NCBI GenBank assembly: GCA_007694005.1
Contig: RECN01000086.1
Location: forward strand, 42,095-106,094
DNA: 64,000 bases
Origin: Spirochaetaceae bacterium
Lineage (GTDB): Bacteria; Spirochaetota; Spirochaetia; DSM-27196; SKKC01
Reading direction: 5' to 3'
Shown here: piece by piece, positions 36,160-43,969 of the stretch
Layout of the letters: each line of letters begins with the position of its first letter
Numbering within the stretch: position 1 is the stretch's first letter
Notes under the pieces: model-generated
What the model was told of the DNA's origin: nothing
Database searches by the model: none
The model's input: only the letters and a program-made list of their open reading frames with translations
Program-made: the position numbers and the translations under genes

Positions 36160-37884
36160 TTACCTCTGTCCTACTGTTTTTGACGTCTTCCGGCGCTTCG
36201 GCTGCTCCGGCTCGAGAATCATATCTGAGAGGCTCGCCCCGGCGGGAATCATCGGGAACACATTGTCCTCTTTTTCTACTTCCACATCGAGCAGACAGGG
36301 ACCATCGTTGTACTCAAGGGTCTGTCGAACCATGCGGCGGACATCCGCGCTGCGTTTAACACGAAACGCTTTTACACCGTAGCTTTCAGCGAGTTTGACG
36401 AAATCGGGGTTACCTTCCATGTCGACGCCGCTGAGCCGGTTCTCATAAAAGAGGTTCTGCCACTGCCGCACCATTCCGAGATAGTGATTGTTGATCACGA
36501 TGATCTTGATGGGGAGTTTATTGGTGACTGCGGTTGCAAGCTCACAGAGCGTCATCTGGAATCCGCCGTCGCCGACGATCGCGATCACCTGTCGATCGGG
36601 GCAGGCGAACTGGGCACCGATTGCAGCCGGAAGCCCGAACCCCATGGTCCCTGCGCCACCGGAGCTCAGCCACTGGAAGCGGTGATCACACAGATAGTAT
36701 TGCGCAGTCCACATCTGATGCTGACCAACATCAGTAGAAACAATCGCTTTACCCTCACTCTGCTCGAATATCTCCTGTATGACATGCTGAGCTTTGAGTT
36801 TTCCACCTTTATGAAACTTCATGGGGTGCTGCTTTTTCCATTTCGCGATCTGCGCAAGCCATGCGGTTGTGTCGCCGCGTTTCACGATCGATGCAAGAGT
36901 CTCAACAACCTGTCGCGCGTCGCCGTGAATGGTGCACTCCATAGGAAGCGTTTTATTGAACTCCGCCTGGTCAACGTCGATGTGTATTTTGAGTGCATTC
37001 GGGCAGAACGTGTCATACCGTCCTACGATACGGTCGTCCCAACGGGAACCTATACTCATGATCAGATCGCATTCCTGTACGGCAAAGTTTGCGTACGCAG
37101 TGCCGTGCATGCCGAGCCAGCCCAGGCTGAGTTCGTGTGTTTCAGGAAAACAGCCCTTTCCGAGCAGGGTATTTGTAACCGGAGCACGAAGTTTCTCGGC
37201 CAGATGGGTGACAGCCTTCTCGGCTCCGCTTATGACCGCTCCGTGGCCAACGAGAAGAATTGGTTTCTTCGCCGCCGAAAGTAACTCGGCCGCGTACTCG
37301 ATGTCAGCCATATCTCCGCCACCCGGGAGGGTATACCCTGGCAGTTGCAGTGGTTCATTGAAGTCGGGCTCTATGAGCGCGGCGGCGACATCCTTTGGAA
37401 CATCAACAAGCACCGGACCGGGTCGCCCTGTCTGGGCGAGGTAGAATGCCTCTCGAACGACGCGTGCGAGGTCATTCGGATCCTTTACGAGGTAGCTGTG
37501 TTTTACGATCGGGTAACTGATACCCGACATATCGGCTTCCTGAAACGCATCCAGTCCGAGATTTTTTCTCGTCTGCTGTCCGCAGATAACGACCATAGGT
37601 ACTGAATCCATCTGCGCTGTGAGAATACCGGTAACCGTGTTGGTAGCACCGGGGCCGCTGGTAACCAGACATACGGCTGGCTTTCCGGTGGCTCGGGCGT
37701 ACCCGTCCGCCATATGAGCAGCTCCCTGTTCGTGACGAACAAGAATAAACTTTATCGGTGAGTCGACAAGCGCGTCAAAGATAGGAATAGCTGCTCCACC
37801 AGGATATCCGAAAATGAATTCGACCCCTTCCTGTTGAATTATGTCAACAATCGCCTCGGCGCCGGTTCTTTTTGTACCTGCCAT
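36160..37884 (-). CDS. ilvB: acetolactate synthase large subunit (biosynthetic type)
   Basis: ThDP-enzyme motifs GYPGGA and GDGGFQM...NN. ORF 36160..37929 was trimmed to ATG 37884, which has an AAGGAG RBS 7 nt upstream. Confidence 0.93.
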   Translation of the reverse strand: MAGTKRTGAEAIVDIIQQEGVEFIFGYPGGAAIPIFDALVDSPIKFILVRHEQGAAHMADGYARATGKPAVCLVTSGPGATNTVTGILTAQMDSVPMVVICGQQTRKNLGLDAFQEADMSGISYPIVKHSYLVKDPNDLARVVREAFYLAQTGRPGPVLVDVPKDVAAALIEPDFNEPLQLPGYTLPGGGDMADIEYAAELLSAAKKPILLVGHGAVISGAEKAVTHLAEKLRAPVTNTLLGKGCFPETHELSLGWLGMHGTAYANFAVQECDLIMSIGSRWDDRIVGRYDTFCPNALKIHIDVDQAEFNKTLPMECTIHGDARQVVETLASIVKRGDTTAWLAQIAKWKKQHPMKFHKGGKLKAQHVIQEIFEQSEGKAIVSTDVGQHQMWTAQYYLCDHRFQWLSSGGAGTMGFGLPAAIGAQFACPDRQVIAIVGDGGFQMTLCELATAVTNKLPIKIIVINNHYLGMVRQWQNLFYENRLSGVDMEGNPDFVKLAESYGVKAFRVKRSADVRRMVRQTLEYNDGPCLLDVEVEKEDNVFPMIPAGASLSDMILEPEQPKRRKTSKTVGQR

Positions 37885-38025
37885 ACTGTATCTCCTTCTG
37901 ATTGACCGTAACGTTACTCGTTGAGACACCTTCTGTCAATTGTATAGCAGTGTTATTTACGGTTTTACTCGCTAAAATATAGGAAATATTGCGTTAAGAA
38001 GAAATCTTCCATTAATAAACGAAGG

Positions 38026-38286
38026 TTACGACGGTAAGTAAGGCCATAAAAACGGATAGTACCCGTTTTTCAAACGGTAATATGGCATAATATTGTCGTT
38101 TTGCTTCGAATTATCACATTCTTTACAGACAAACGAGACCGGTTCGTGTTCTTTACAGCAAGATATAAAAGTTGGATGATATTGCTCCATTGTGTATTCC
38201 GGGAAACGCAGGGGATGGTATATTGGTGTGTGCTGGCGCGCGCCGGTAATTTCGTTTCCGAGGTACCAGTGATTTGATAAGGTCAA
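38026..38286 (-). CDS. doubtful small Cys- and aromatic-rich ORF in the AT-rich ilvB leader region
   Basis: An 86-aa ORF from a TTG start (54 aa from ATG 38190), with no SD at either start. It contains CC-x10-CxxC and a Tyr/Phe/Trp-rich tail. Its codon composition differs from neighbouring genes. Confidence 0.2.
   Translation of the reverse strand: MTLSNHWYLGNEITGARQHTPIYHPLRFPEYTMEQYHPTFISCCKEHEPVSFVCKECDNSKQNDNIMPYYRLKNGYYPFLWPYLPS
38043..38086 (-). promoter_or_regulatory. mutually exclusive hairpins about 160-200 nt upstream of ilvB
   Basis: AAAAACGG (38048-55) pairs with CCGTTTTT (38063-70). Alternatively CCGTTT (38063-68) pairs with AAACGG (38072-77). An outer stem GCCATA/TATGGC (38043-48/38081-86) is also possible. 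Confidence 0.3.
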
Positions 38287-38461
38287 TCAGAGACGCGATT
38301 GATGGTTTACACCTGTACTTGAAAGTGTTCTGGCGTATCCATCACAGTAATAACGCATGCAATCTTTTCCATAGCGGACAGCACGCCTACTCAAGTGACG
38401 GTGTGCCGGTGACCTTTACAAGTTCCCGGGTGTTGTCAGATATGATTGCCAGGGAGTGTTC

Positions 38462-39283
38462 ATGAACGTACGCCGGCTTCAGAAGAGCGTTTTTCGCCGG
38501 GGGAGCAAAACCTATTTCAACTCGAGTGTCTTTTTCCCGCCAGCGGTCAAACGCGACGTGTATGCGCTGTATGCATTCGTGCGGGTCGCAGATGACTTCG
38601 TCGATACCATACCGCAGGACTCGAACGGTTTTTACGGTTTCCGTCGAAAGTATGAGCATGCGCTCATGACCGGGAGTCCGTCCGATGATCCAATTATCGA
38701 TGCATACATTGAGCTTGCGACCCGCCGTGACTTTGACCCGGCGTGGACGACCGCCTTTTTGCATTCGATGGAACTCGATCTCACGAAAAAGGTGTATGCG
38801 TCTGTGGATGAGACCCTTGAGTACGTCTACGGTTCCGCCGAGGTCATCGGCCTGTTCATGTCGAAAATACTGCAGCTTCCGGAAGAAGCGCTTCCGGCTG
38901 CGTGCATGCAGGGCAGGGCAATGCAGTTCATTAACTTCATTCGTGACATCGCCGAAGACGTCACGTTTGGCCGGCAGTATCTTCCCGCTTCCGAGACAAG
39001 CCTGACCGATCTGAGCGAAGAAACCACACGAGCTCAACCGGATGAGTTCCAGCGGTTCCTGAAAATGCAGATTGAGCGGTATCTCGGATGGCAGAAACAG
39101 GCGGAAACAGGATACCGGTTCATGGAGCGACGGTACTTCATCCCTGTGAAGACTGCATCCGACATGTATAACTGGACCGCGACACGGATTATCAACGATC
39201 CCTTTGTCGTATATCAGAAGAAGGTAAAACCGGCAAAAGCGCGTATATACTGGACGATACTCGCAAACGCACTCTTTTCGTGA
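38462..39283 (+). CDS. phytoene/squalene synthase family protein
   Basis: Asp-rich motifs YAFVRVADDFVD and FIRDIAEDV. An AGGGAG RBS lies 5 nt before ATG 38462; the track start at 38456 is GTG. Confidence 0.85.
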   Translation: MNVRRLQKSVFRRGSKTYFNSSVFFPPAVKRDVYALYAFVRVADDFVDTIPQDSNGFYGFRRKYEHALMTGSPSDDPIIDAYIELATRRDFDPAWTTAFLHSMELDLTKKVYASVDETLEYVYGSAEVIGLFMSKILQLPEEALPAACMQGRAMQFINFIRDIAEDVTFGRQYLPASETSLTDLSEETTRAQPDEFQRFLKMQIERYLGWQKQAETGYRFMERRYFIPVKTASDMYNWTATRIINDPFVVYQKKVKPAKARIYWTILANALFS

Positions 39284-39318
39284 GAAACAGACGTTTTGCC
39301 GTACGGGGCGTATAGAAC

Positions 39319-40386
39319 ATGATTGACTATTTATTAAGACAGAAAGAGCGTATATCGCGCTCATTGGACGAGTATCTTCGTGTCGAGTTGCGTGAACTTT
39401 TTGAGTCTCACCCCTTCGGTACGGACGCGGCGACACGGCTTTACGACTTTTCATCCCGTGGAAAGATGATCCGCGGAGCGCTCGTCTACATGGGGGCTGA
39501 ACTCTACGGCTACGAAGGTTCCGATAGACCGACGACGCGCCTGGCAGTAGTCATGGAGCTGCTACAGAGCTTCCTGCTCATACACGACGACATTATGGAT
39601 GGAGACACATTACGTCGCGGCGCTCCGAGCGTGTTCGCACAGTATGAACAACTCGGTATCGAACGTTCGCTCGCCGAACCGCGTCATTTCGGTGAAGCGA
39701 TGGGGATCTGCGCGGGTGACGTCGCAATATTTCTTGCGACCGGTCTCGTCGCTCACGATGATGTGCCGGTGGCTCTTGAACGCAGGCTTCTGCGTCTTAT
39801 TTCGACCGAGATCGCGAGGGTAGGCCTCGCTCAGATGAGCGACGTGTATCACGGAGTATATCCGGAACAGGTTGAAGAATCGGAAATTATCGATCTGTAT
39901 AGATATAAGACCGGCCGGTATACATTCTCTCTCCCACTTATGTGTGGAGCGACAATTTCGGCCGCACCGGAACGAGATATCGAAAGCCTCGGACGTATAG
40001 GCGAGGGGCTCGGCGTTGTGTTCCAGATCAAGGACGATTACATAGGACTCTTCGGGCAGACAGCCGCTATCGGAAAGAATGTGGGAAGCGATATAGCGGC
40101 CGACAAGAAGACCTTATACCGGACCTACCTCTTCGAACGGGCAAGCGCCGGGGACAGAGCCCGCCTTGCAACGGTGTTCGGAGCCTCAGACCCCGGCCCT
40201 GAAGATATTGCTTTCGTGACCGGGTGCATGCATTCCTACGGGGTTGTCGACGACGTCGAAAAAGTTCTTCAGAACTACGCGGATGAAACTCGTCGCAGCA
40301 TCAGAAACGACATACCCGATATGCCCGAAAACGGGCGCGCAATGCTCGAACAGCTCCTCGAGTACAACCTGACTCGCGAGGCTTGA
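39319..40386 (+). CDS. polyprenyl (trans-isoprenyl diphosphate) synthase family protein
   Basis: FARM LLIHDDIMDGDTLRRG (DDxxD without insertion), SARM FQIKDDYIGLFG, plus YKTGRYTFSLP and GKNVGSDIAADKKT. Confidence 0.88.
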   Translation: MIDYLLRQKERISRSLDEYLRVELRELFESHPFGTDAATRLYDFSSRGKMIRGALVYMGAELYGYEGSDRPTTRLAVVMELLQSFLLIHDDIMDGDTLRRGAPSVFAQYEQLGIERSLAEPRHFGEAMGICAGDVAIFLATGLVAHDDVPVALERRLLRLISTEIARVGLAQMSDVYHGVYPEQVEESEIIDLYRYKTGRYTFSLPLMCGATISAAPERDIESLGRIGEGLGVVFQIKDDYIGLFGQTAAIGKNVGSDIAADKKTLYRTYLFERASAGDRARLATVFGASDPGPEDIAFVTGCMHSYGVVDDVEKVLQNYADETRRSIRNDIPDMPENGRAMLEQLLEYNLTREA

Positions 40387-40396
40387 TGGATAGTGT

Positions 40397-41134
40397 ATGA
40401 GTGAAAGCGGGATCCGGCGACGGTACGAAGCGTTTCAGGAGCGTATCGCAGAAGCCTGTGAACGGACCGGCCGTTCGGCCGACAGTGTGCGCCTCATGGC
40501 AGTCAGTAAACAGCAGCCAGACGCGAAGATAACCGAGGCCCTGGAAGCCGGTATTCGGTGGTTTGGCGAGAACCGGGTCCAGGAACTGGTGCGGCGCTGG
40601 CCCGAGAGGTTGAATGTTGACGATGACTGTCTTGAAAGCGGCGTTCTTCGAAAGGATGTTCACGTTTCGCTTATTGGCCATCTGCAGCGCAACAAGGCTG
40701 CTCAGGTCAGCGCTTTCGTCGATTCTATTGAGAGTATAGACAACCCTCGCACCGTCGACGCTCTCGTATCCCGACTTTCGACACACACGCCGCTGGATGT
40801 CCTGGTGCAGATCAATACGTCAGGCGAAGCGTCCAAGTTCGGCCTCCCGGAAGACGAGAAACAGATCTTTGAACTCGTCGACATGTTGTGCAGAGTCGAT
40901 ACCCTGCGTCCACGTGGCGTCATGACCGTTGCTCCCTTCGTAGACGACGAGAAAGCAATACGCAGGTGCTTTAAGTCCCTGCACGCCTGGTACGAGAAGA
41001 TAGGTCGCGAGTATACTATTGACCGGTGGGACACCGTTTCAATGGGGATGAGCGGCGACTTTGAAATAGCTGTCGAAGAAGGTTCAACCGAAGTGAGAAT
41101 TGGCACAGGGATTTTCGGTGAGCGAAGCTCCTGA
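40397..41134 (+). CDS. yggS: YggS-family pyridoxal-phosphate homeostasis protein
   Basis: Motifs LMAVSKQQ (PLP Lys), HLIGHLQRNK and SMGMSGDFEIAVEEGSTEVRIGTGIFG. Confidence 0.9.
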   Translation: MSESGIRRRYEAFQERIAEACERTGRSADSVRLMAVSKQQPDAKITEALEAGIRWFGENRVQELVRRWPERLNVDDDCLESGVLRKDVHVSLIGHLQRNKAAQVSAFVDSIESIDNPRTVDALVSRLSTHTPLDVLVQINTSGEASKFGLPEDEKQIFELVDMLCRVDTLRPRGVMTVAPFVDDEKAIRRCFKSLHAWYEKIGREYTIDRWDTVSMGMSGDFEIAVEEGSTEVRIGTGIFGERSS

Positions 41135-41164
41135 AGGTGATGTTCTTCCGCGGAGGCGGTGCAT

Positions 41165-41527
41165 ATGAGGCGATGTATTAGCATACTGCTCGGAGTTGTG
41201 ATGTTCGCCCTTTCAGCGTTTCCAGCTCCGGCAAACGAACCGGTCCCCTACGATCCGGATGAGTTTCCGCAGTTTGCGCGGGATGCAAGGCGTTTTCAGA
41301 TTATCACGCTGGGATCATTTCCTTTAACAATGCTTTTTACCACCTTGTTCTTTCGCACATACCGTCTGCTCACGTACGAAGACGAAATCAGCTGGGCCGA
41401 AACAAGACCCTCAGATCAGCGTGACAGAAACGTTGTACTCGGGGTATCTCTCAGCGCGAGTGTTATCGTCGGATTAGCCGACTATGTGCTCGGACTGCGG
41501 GAACGCTCCGCAGTTGACGACGATTAG
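41165..41527 (+). CDS. hypothetical membrane protein
   Basis: Signal-like N-terminus MRRCISILLGVVMFALSAFPAPA plus two further hydrophobic segments. No family was recognised. Confidence 0.5.
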   Translation: MRRCISILLGVVMFALSAFPAPANEPVPYDPDEFPQFARDARRFQIITLGSFPLTMLFTTLFFRTYRLLTYEDEISWAETRPSDQRDRNVVLGVSLSASVIVGLADYVLGLRERSAVDDD

Positions 41528-41571
41528 GCGTATACTCTGCGCTCCGACATGCTTTCAGGAAAACATCAGCT

Positions 41572-42558
41572 ATGACCGATCAGACATTTCACTTCACAAT
41601 TGATGAACATTCGGATGGGCTCCGTCTTGATGTGTTTCTCACCGAACACATTCCCGGCGTCAGTCGGACCCGGATAAGCCGCGATGCGGAGCGACTCCTG
41701 GTAAACGGAGTCTCCCAAAAACCGTCCCGAAAGGTGAGAACCGGAGAACAGGTCGATTTCGTGATCCGACCGCCAGAAAAACAGGATCTCATTCCCGAGC
41801 CGGTGGATTTCTCGGTCGTCCACGAAGACAGTCGAGTGCTCGTCGTTGATAAACCGGCAGGACTGGTCGTTCATCCGGCTGCCGGCAACTGGTCGGGCAC
41901 GCTCGTACACGGCCTCCTGTACCGGGACCAGGATATGTCAGATTCATTCGAAGGTAGCTTTCGACCGGGCATCGTACATCGGCTCGACAAGGACACATCC
42001 GGGCTTATTATTATCGCGAAAGATCCGCAGACACATGAGTTCCTGCAGCGCCAGTTTGCACGACGGGTCGTCCGCAAGAGGTATATTGCAATCGTCACGG
42101 GCCGACCACGCGAGGCGCGGGGAACTGTTTCCGGTTACATCATTCGCGACCCGAAAAACCGCAAACGGTTCACACATCATAACCGGCAGGGCAAGGAAGC
42201 TGTCACGGAATACCGTATTGCCGCTACCTTTGCCGGGTTTTCGCTCGTCGAACTGTTCCCGCACACCGGCCGGACCCATCAACTCCGTGTTCATATGAAG
42301 CACCTTGGATGCCCCATACTCGGCGACAGCCTGTACAGTCGAAGTCGAGACCCGGAAGGCCTTATGCTTCATGCGGCAGCACTGCAGATTCTGTTGCCGG
42401 AAACGACGGAGCCGACACTGTTCTGCTCACCGCTTCCTGAGCGCTTTACACGCTGTCTTCAAGAGCATGGTGCTCCACAGGACGTCGTAGAGCGGGATTG
42501 GAGCGGAGTTCAACCTGTATGGTTGTCGGAGGCCCGTACGCAGGAAAGACCCAGGTAG
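41572..42558 (+). CDS. rluD: RluA-family 23S rRNA pseudouridine synthase (RluD-like)
   Basis: S4-like N-terminus, catalytic motif HRLDKDTSGLIIIAK, and TGRTHQLRVHM. The non-conserved ~38-aa C-terminal tail overlaps the convergent gene. Confidence 0.88.
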   Translation: MTDQTFHFTIDEHSDGLRLDVFLTEHIPGVSRTRISRDAERLLVNGVSQKPSRKVRTGEQVDFVIRPPEKQDLIPEPVDFSVVHEDSRVLVVDKPAGLVVHPAAGNWSGTLVHGLLYRDQDMSDSFEGSFRPGIVHRLDKDTSGLIIIAKDPQTHEFLQRQFARRVVRKRYIAIVTGRPREARGTVSGYIIRDPKNRKRFTHHNRQGKEAVTEYRIAATFAGFSLVELFPHTGRTHQLRVHMKHLGCPILGDSLYSRSRDPEGLMLHAAALQILLPETTEPTLFCSPLPERFTRCLQEHGAPQDVVERDWSGVQPVWLSEARTQERPR

Positions 42559-43072
42559 GACTCGGAAGCGTCGAGAATACGCTTTTGAGAGACTCAACCA
42601 GCAGAGCGTGTGGATAACCCGCATCGACCTCTCGCAGGCCTCCTGCGGAGAACATCGCACCGGGGAACAGCACGCCGTCGACGATGTACATGGATCCATC
42701 GATCCACGCACCCGGAAAACTGATCGCCGATATCGAGAAACCGTTAAACGAGATGTCCCGGTATTCGACGAGCTCGTCAGCCGTACCATTCTCTACCGGT
42801 GTCTGTTTCGGGCCGAACGACAGATCGAAGGATTCAATCCCGTAAATTTCAGGCTGATAGATCTTTCGCAGCGTGTCGAGTCCTGCCATGTGGTGTGTCT
42901 CGGCCCGTGTAATCAGTACCAGTTCTGGATCGATTTCGTTCTTGAGAAAGATTTTCAACAGATCCGAGTCCATACTCCCCGGATCGATAACGACACAACT
43001 CTTACTCGAGTCGGTGGCTATCACGTAGGTATTCGAGAAACCTTCGAGCGACAGATGTGAAAAAAGTTTCAA
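42446..43072 (-). CDS. MBL-fold protein with degenerate metal-binding motifs
   Basis: It is colinear with YcbL/GloB-type hydrolases (NTYVI, VIDPG, FPG, YGPPTT, NPAL), but HxHxDH reads RAETHH, PGH reads PGA, GD reads GA and PGHGP reads PAYGP. The TTG start overlaps the upstream stop (TTGA). Confidence 0.75.
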   Translation of the reverse strand: MKLFSHLSLEGFSNTYVIATDSSKSCVVIDPGSMDSDLLKIFLKNEIDPELVLITRAETHHMAGLDTLRKIYQPEIYGIESFDLSFGPKQTPVENGTADELVEYRDISFNGFSISAISFPGAWIDGSMYIVDGVLFPGAMFSAGGLREVDAGYPHALLVESLKSVFSTLPSPTWVFPAYGPPTTIQVELRSNPALRRPVEHHALEDSV

Positions 43073-43599
43073 AACAGACTCCGTACACGGGATCCCCGGA
43101 TACCGGAGGCTTCCGAGAGGTTACACTGCGAGTACCGCACGTTCATGCGCTCCGAATCGCGGAAATCGCTTCCTTTGACATTGCAATCGGCTATGACCAC
43201 ATCTCTCAGGGATGCGTTCACAAAACGGCACGCGAGCAGATCACTCGACTGTATTACGGAGTCGCGTATGAGGCTTCCGTTAAAGCTGACGTGCATGAGG
43301 GTTGCGTCGAAGAACCTGCACCCCTTGAGCGTAGCACAGGAAATGGTCGACGAGCGTATGCGGCTGTGCTCGAAGGTAATCCGATCGAGTTCTGCAAAAT
43401 CGAAAAAACACAGCGACAATACGGTTTCCGTAAACGTGCATTCTCTGAGAACCGTCCCGGAGAAGCTGCAGCCGTACAACGTCTTTCCGGAAAAGTCGAT
43501 TCCGACGAGCGTGCGTTCATCGAATGAAACCCGGTCGATCCTTCCGTTCTGATCCAGCTCCTGCTGCAATTCGTCTGGATGCCATGTGCGTCGTTTCAT
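43069..43599 (-). CDS. pentapeptide repeat-containing protein
   Basis: About 25 consecutive A(D/N)LXX-type pentapeptides (e.g. CSFSGTVLRECTFTETVLSLCFFDFAELDRITFEHSRIRSS). An AAGGAA RBS is present. Confidence 0.85.
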   Translation of the reverse strand: MKRRTWHPDELQQELDQNGRIDRVSFDERTLVGIDFSGKTLYGCSFSGTVLRECTFTETVLSLCFFDFAELDRITFEHSRIRSSTISCATLKGCRFFDATLMHVSFNGSLIRDSVIQSSDLLACRFVNASLRDVVIADCNVKGSDFRDSERMNVRYSQCNLSEASGIRGSRVRSLF

Positions 43600-43620
43600 C
43601 TCATTGTTCCTTAAATGATG

Positions 43621-43655
43621 CTACGCCGCTTGCGAATTAGACGCAAGTGGCGTAG
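43621..43655. repeat. 14-bp-arm inverted repeat in a divergent intergenic region
   Basis: CTACGCCGCTTGCG (43621-34), a 7-nt spacer AATTAGA, then CGCAAGTGGCGTAG (43642-55). The single mismatch is a G-T pair on the plus strand. Confidence 0.6.
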
Positions 43656-43679
43656 CCTTTCAGACCGAAGGTGAGCGTA

Positions 43680-43967
43680 ATGACTAGTTGTTTTTCGTGT
43701 GGAGCCACACTTCCGAAGACCTTCCACCGTGGAGATCGCTGTCCTGAGTGCGGTGCAGATGTGCGCGTCTGTCTGAACTGTACGTTTTATGAACCCAGTG
43801 CTCACTGGGAGTGTCACGAAACGATTCCCGAGCGTGTAGCCGACAAGGACCGTGCGAACTTCTGTGATTACTTCCGACCAACCGAAAAGGCAGAACGTAC
43901 TCCGCGAAACCCGCTGAGCGGTAAAAAAGACGCGCGCGACGATTTCAATAAGCTGTTTGGCGGATAG
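43680..43967 (+). CDS. small zinc-ribbon protein
   Basis: CFSC-x13-CPEC, then CLNC and C..H ligand pairs, with a basic C-terminal tail. GAAGGTGAG precedes ATG 43680; the track start at 43671 is GTG. Confidence 0.6.
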   Translation: MTSCFSCGATLPKTFHRGDRCPECGADVRVCLNCTFYEPSAHWECHETIPERVADKDRANFCDYFRPTEKAERTPRNPLSGKKDARDDFNKLFGG

Positions 43968-43969
43968 GC

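Noticed and set aside
38249-38262. T-box-like string on the minus strand (CACUGGUACCUCGG, compared with the consensus GGGUGGUACCGCG) upstream of ilvB
   Set aside because: No complementary terminator strand follows it. No specifier-loop, AGAGA or GNUGGNA-type stem I elements could be found by eye. It also lies ~370 nt from the start codon, so it is probably a chance resemblance. An Rfam T-box scan would settle it.
38387-39454. 355-aa ORF on the minus strand covering the whole phytoene/squalene synthase gene
   Set aside because: The plus-strand frame encodes a protein with clear family motifs (two Asp-rich boxes). The minus-frame product has no recognisable motif and shows the Arg/Cys/His-rich composition typical of a shadow ORF in GC-rich DNA.
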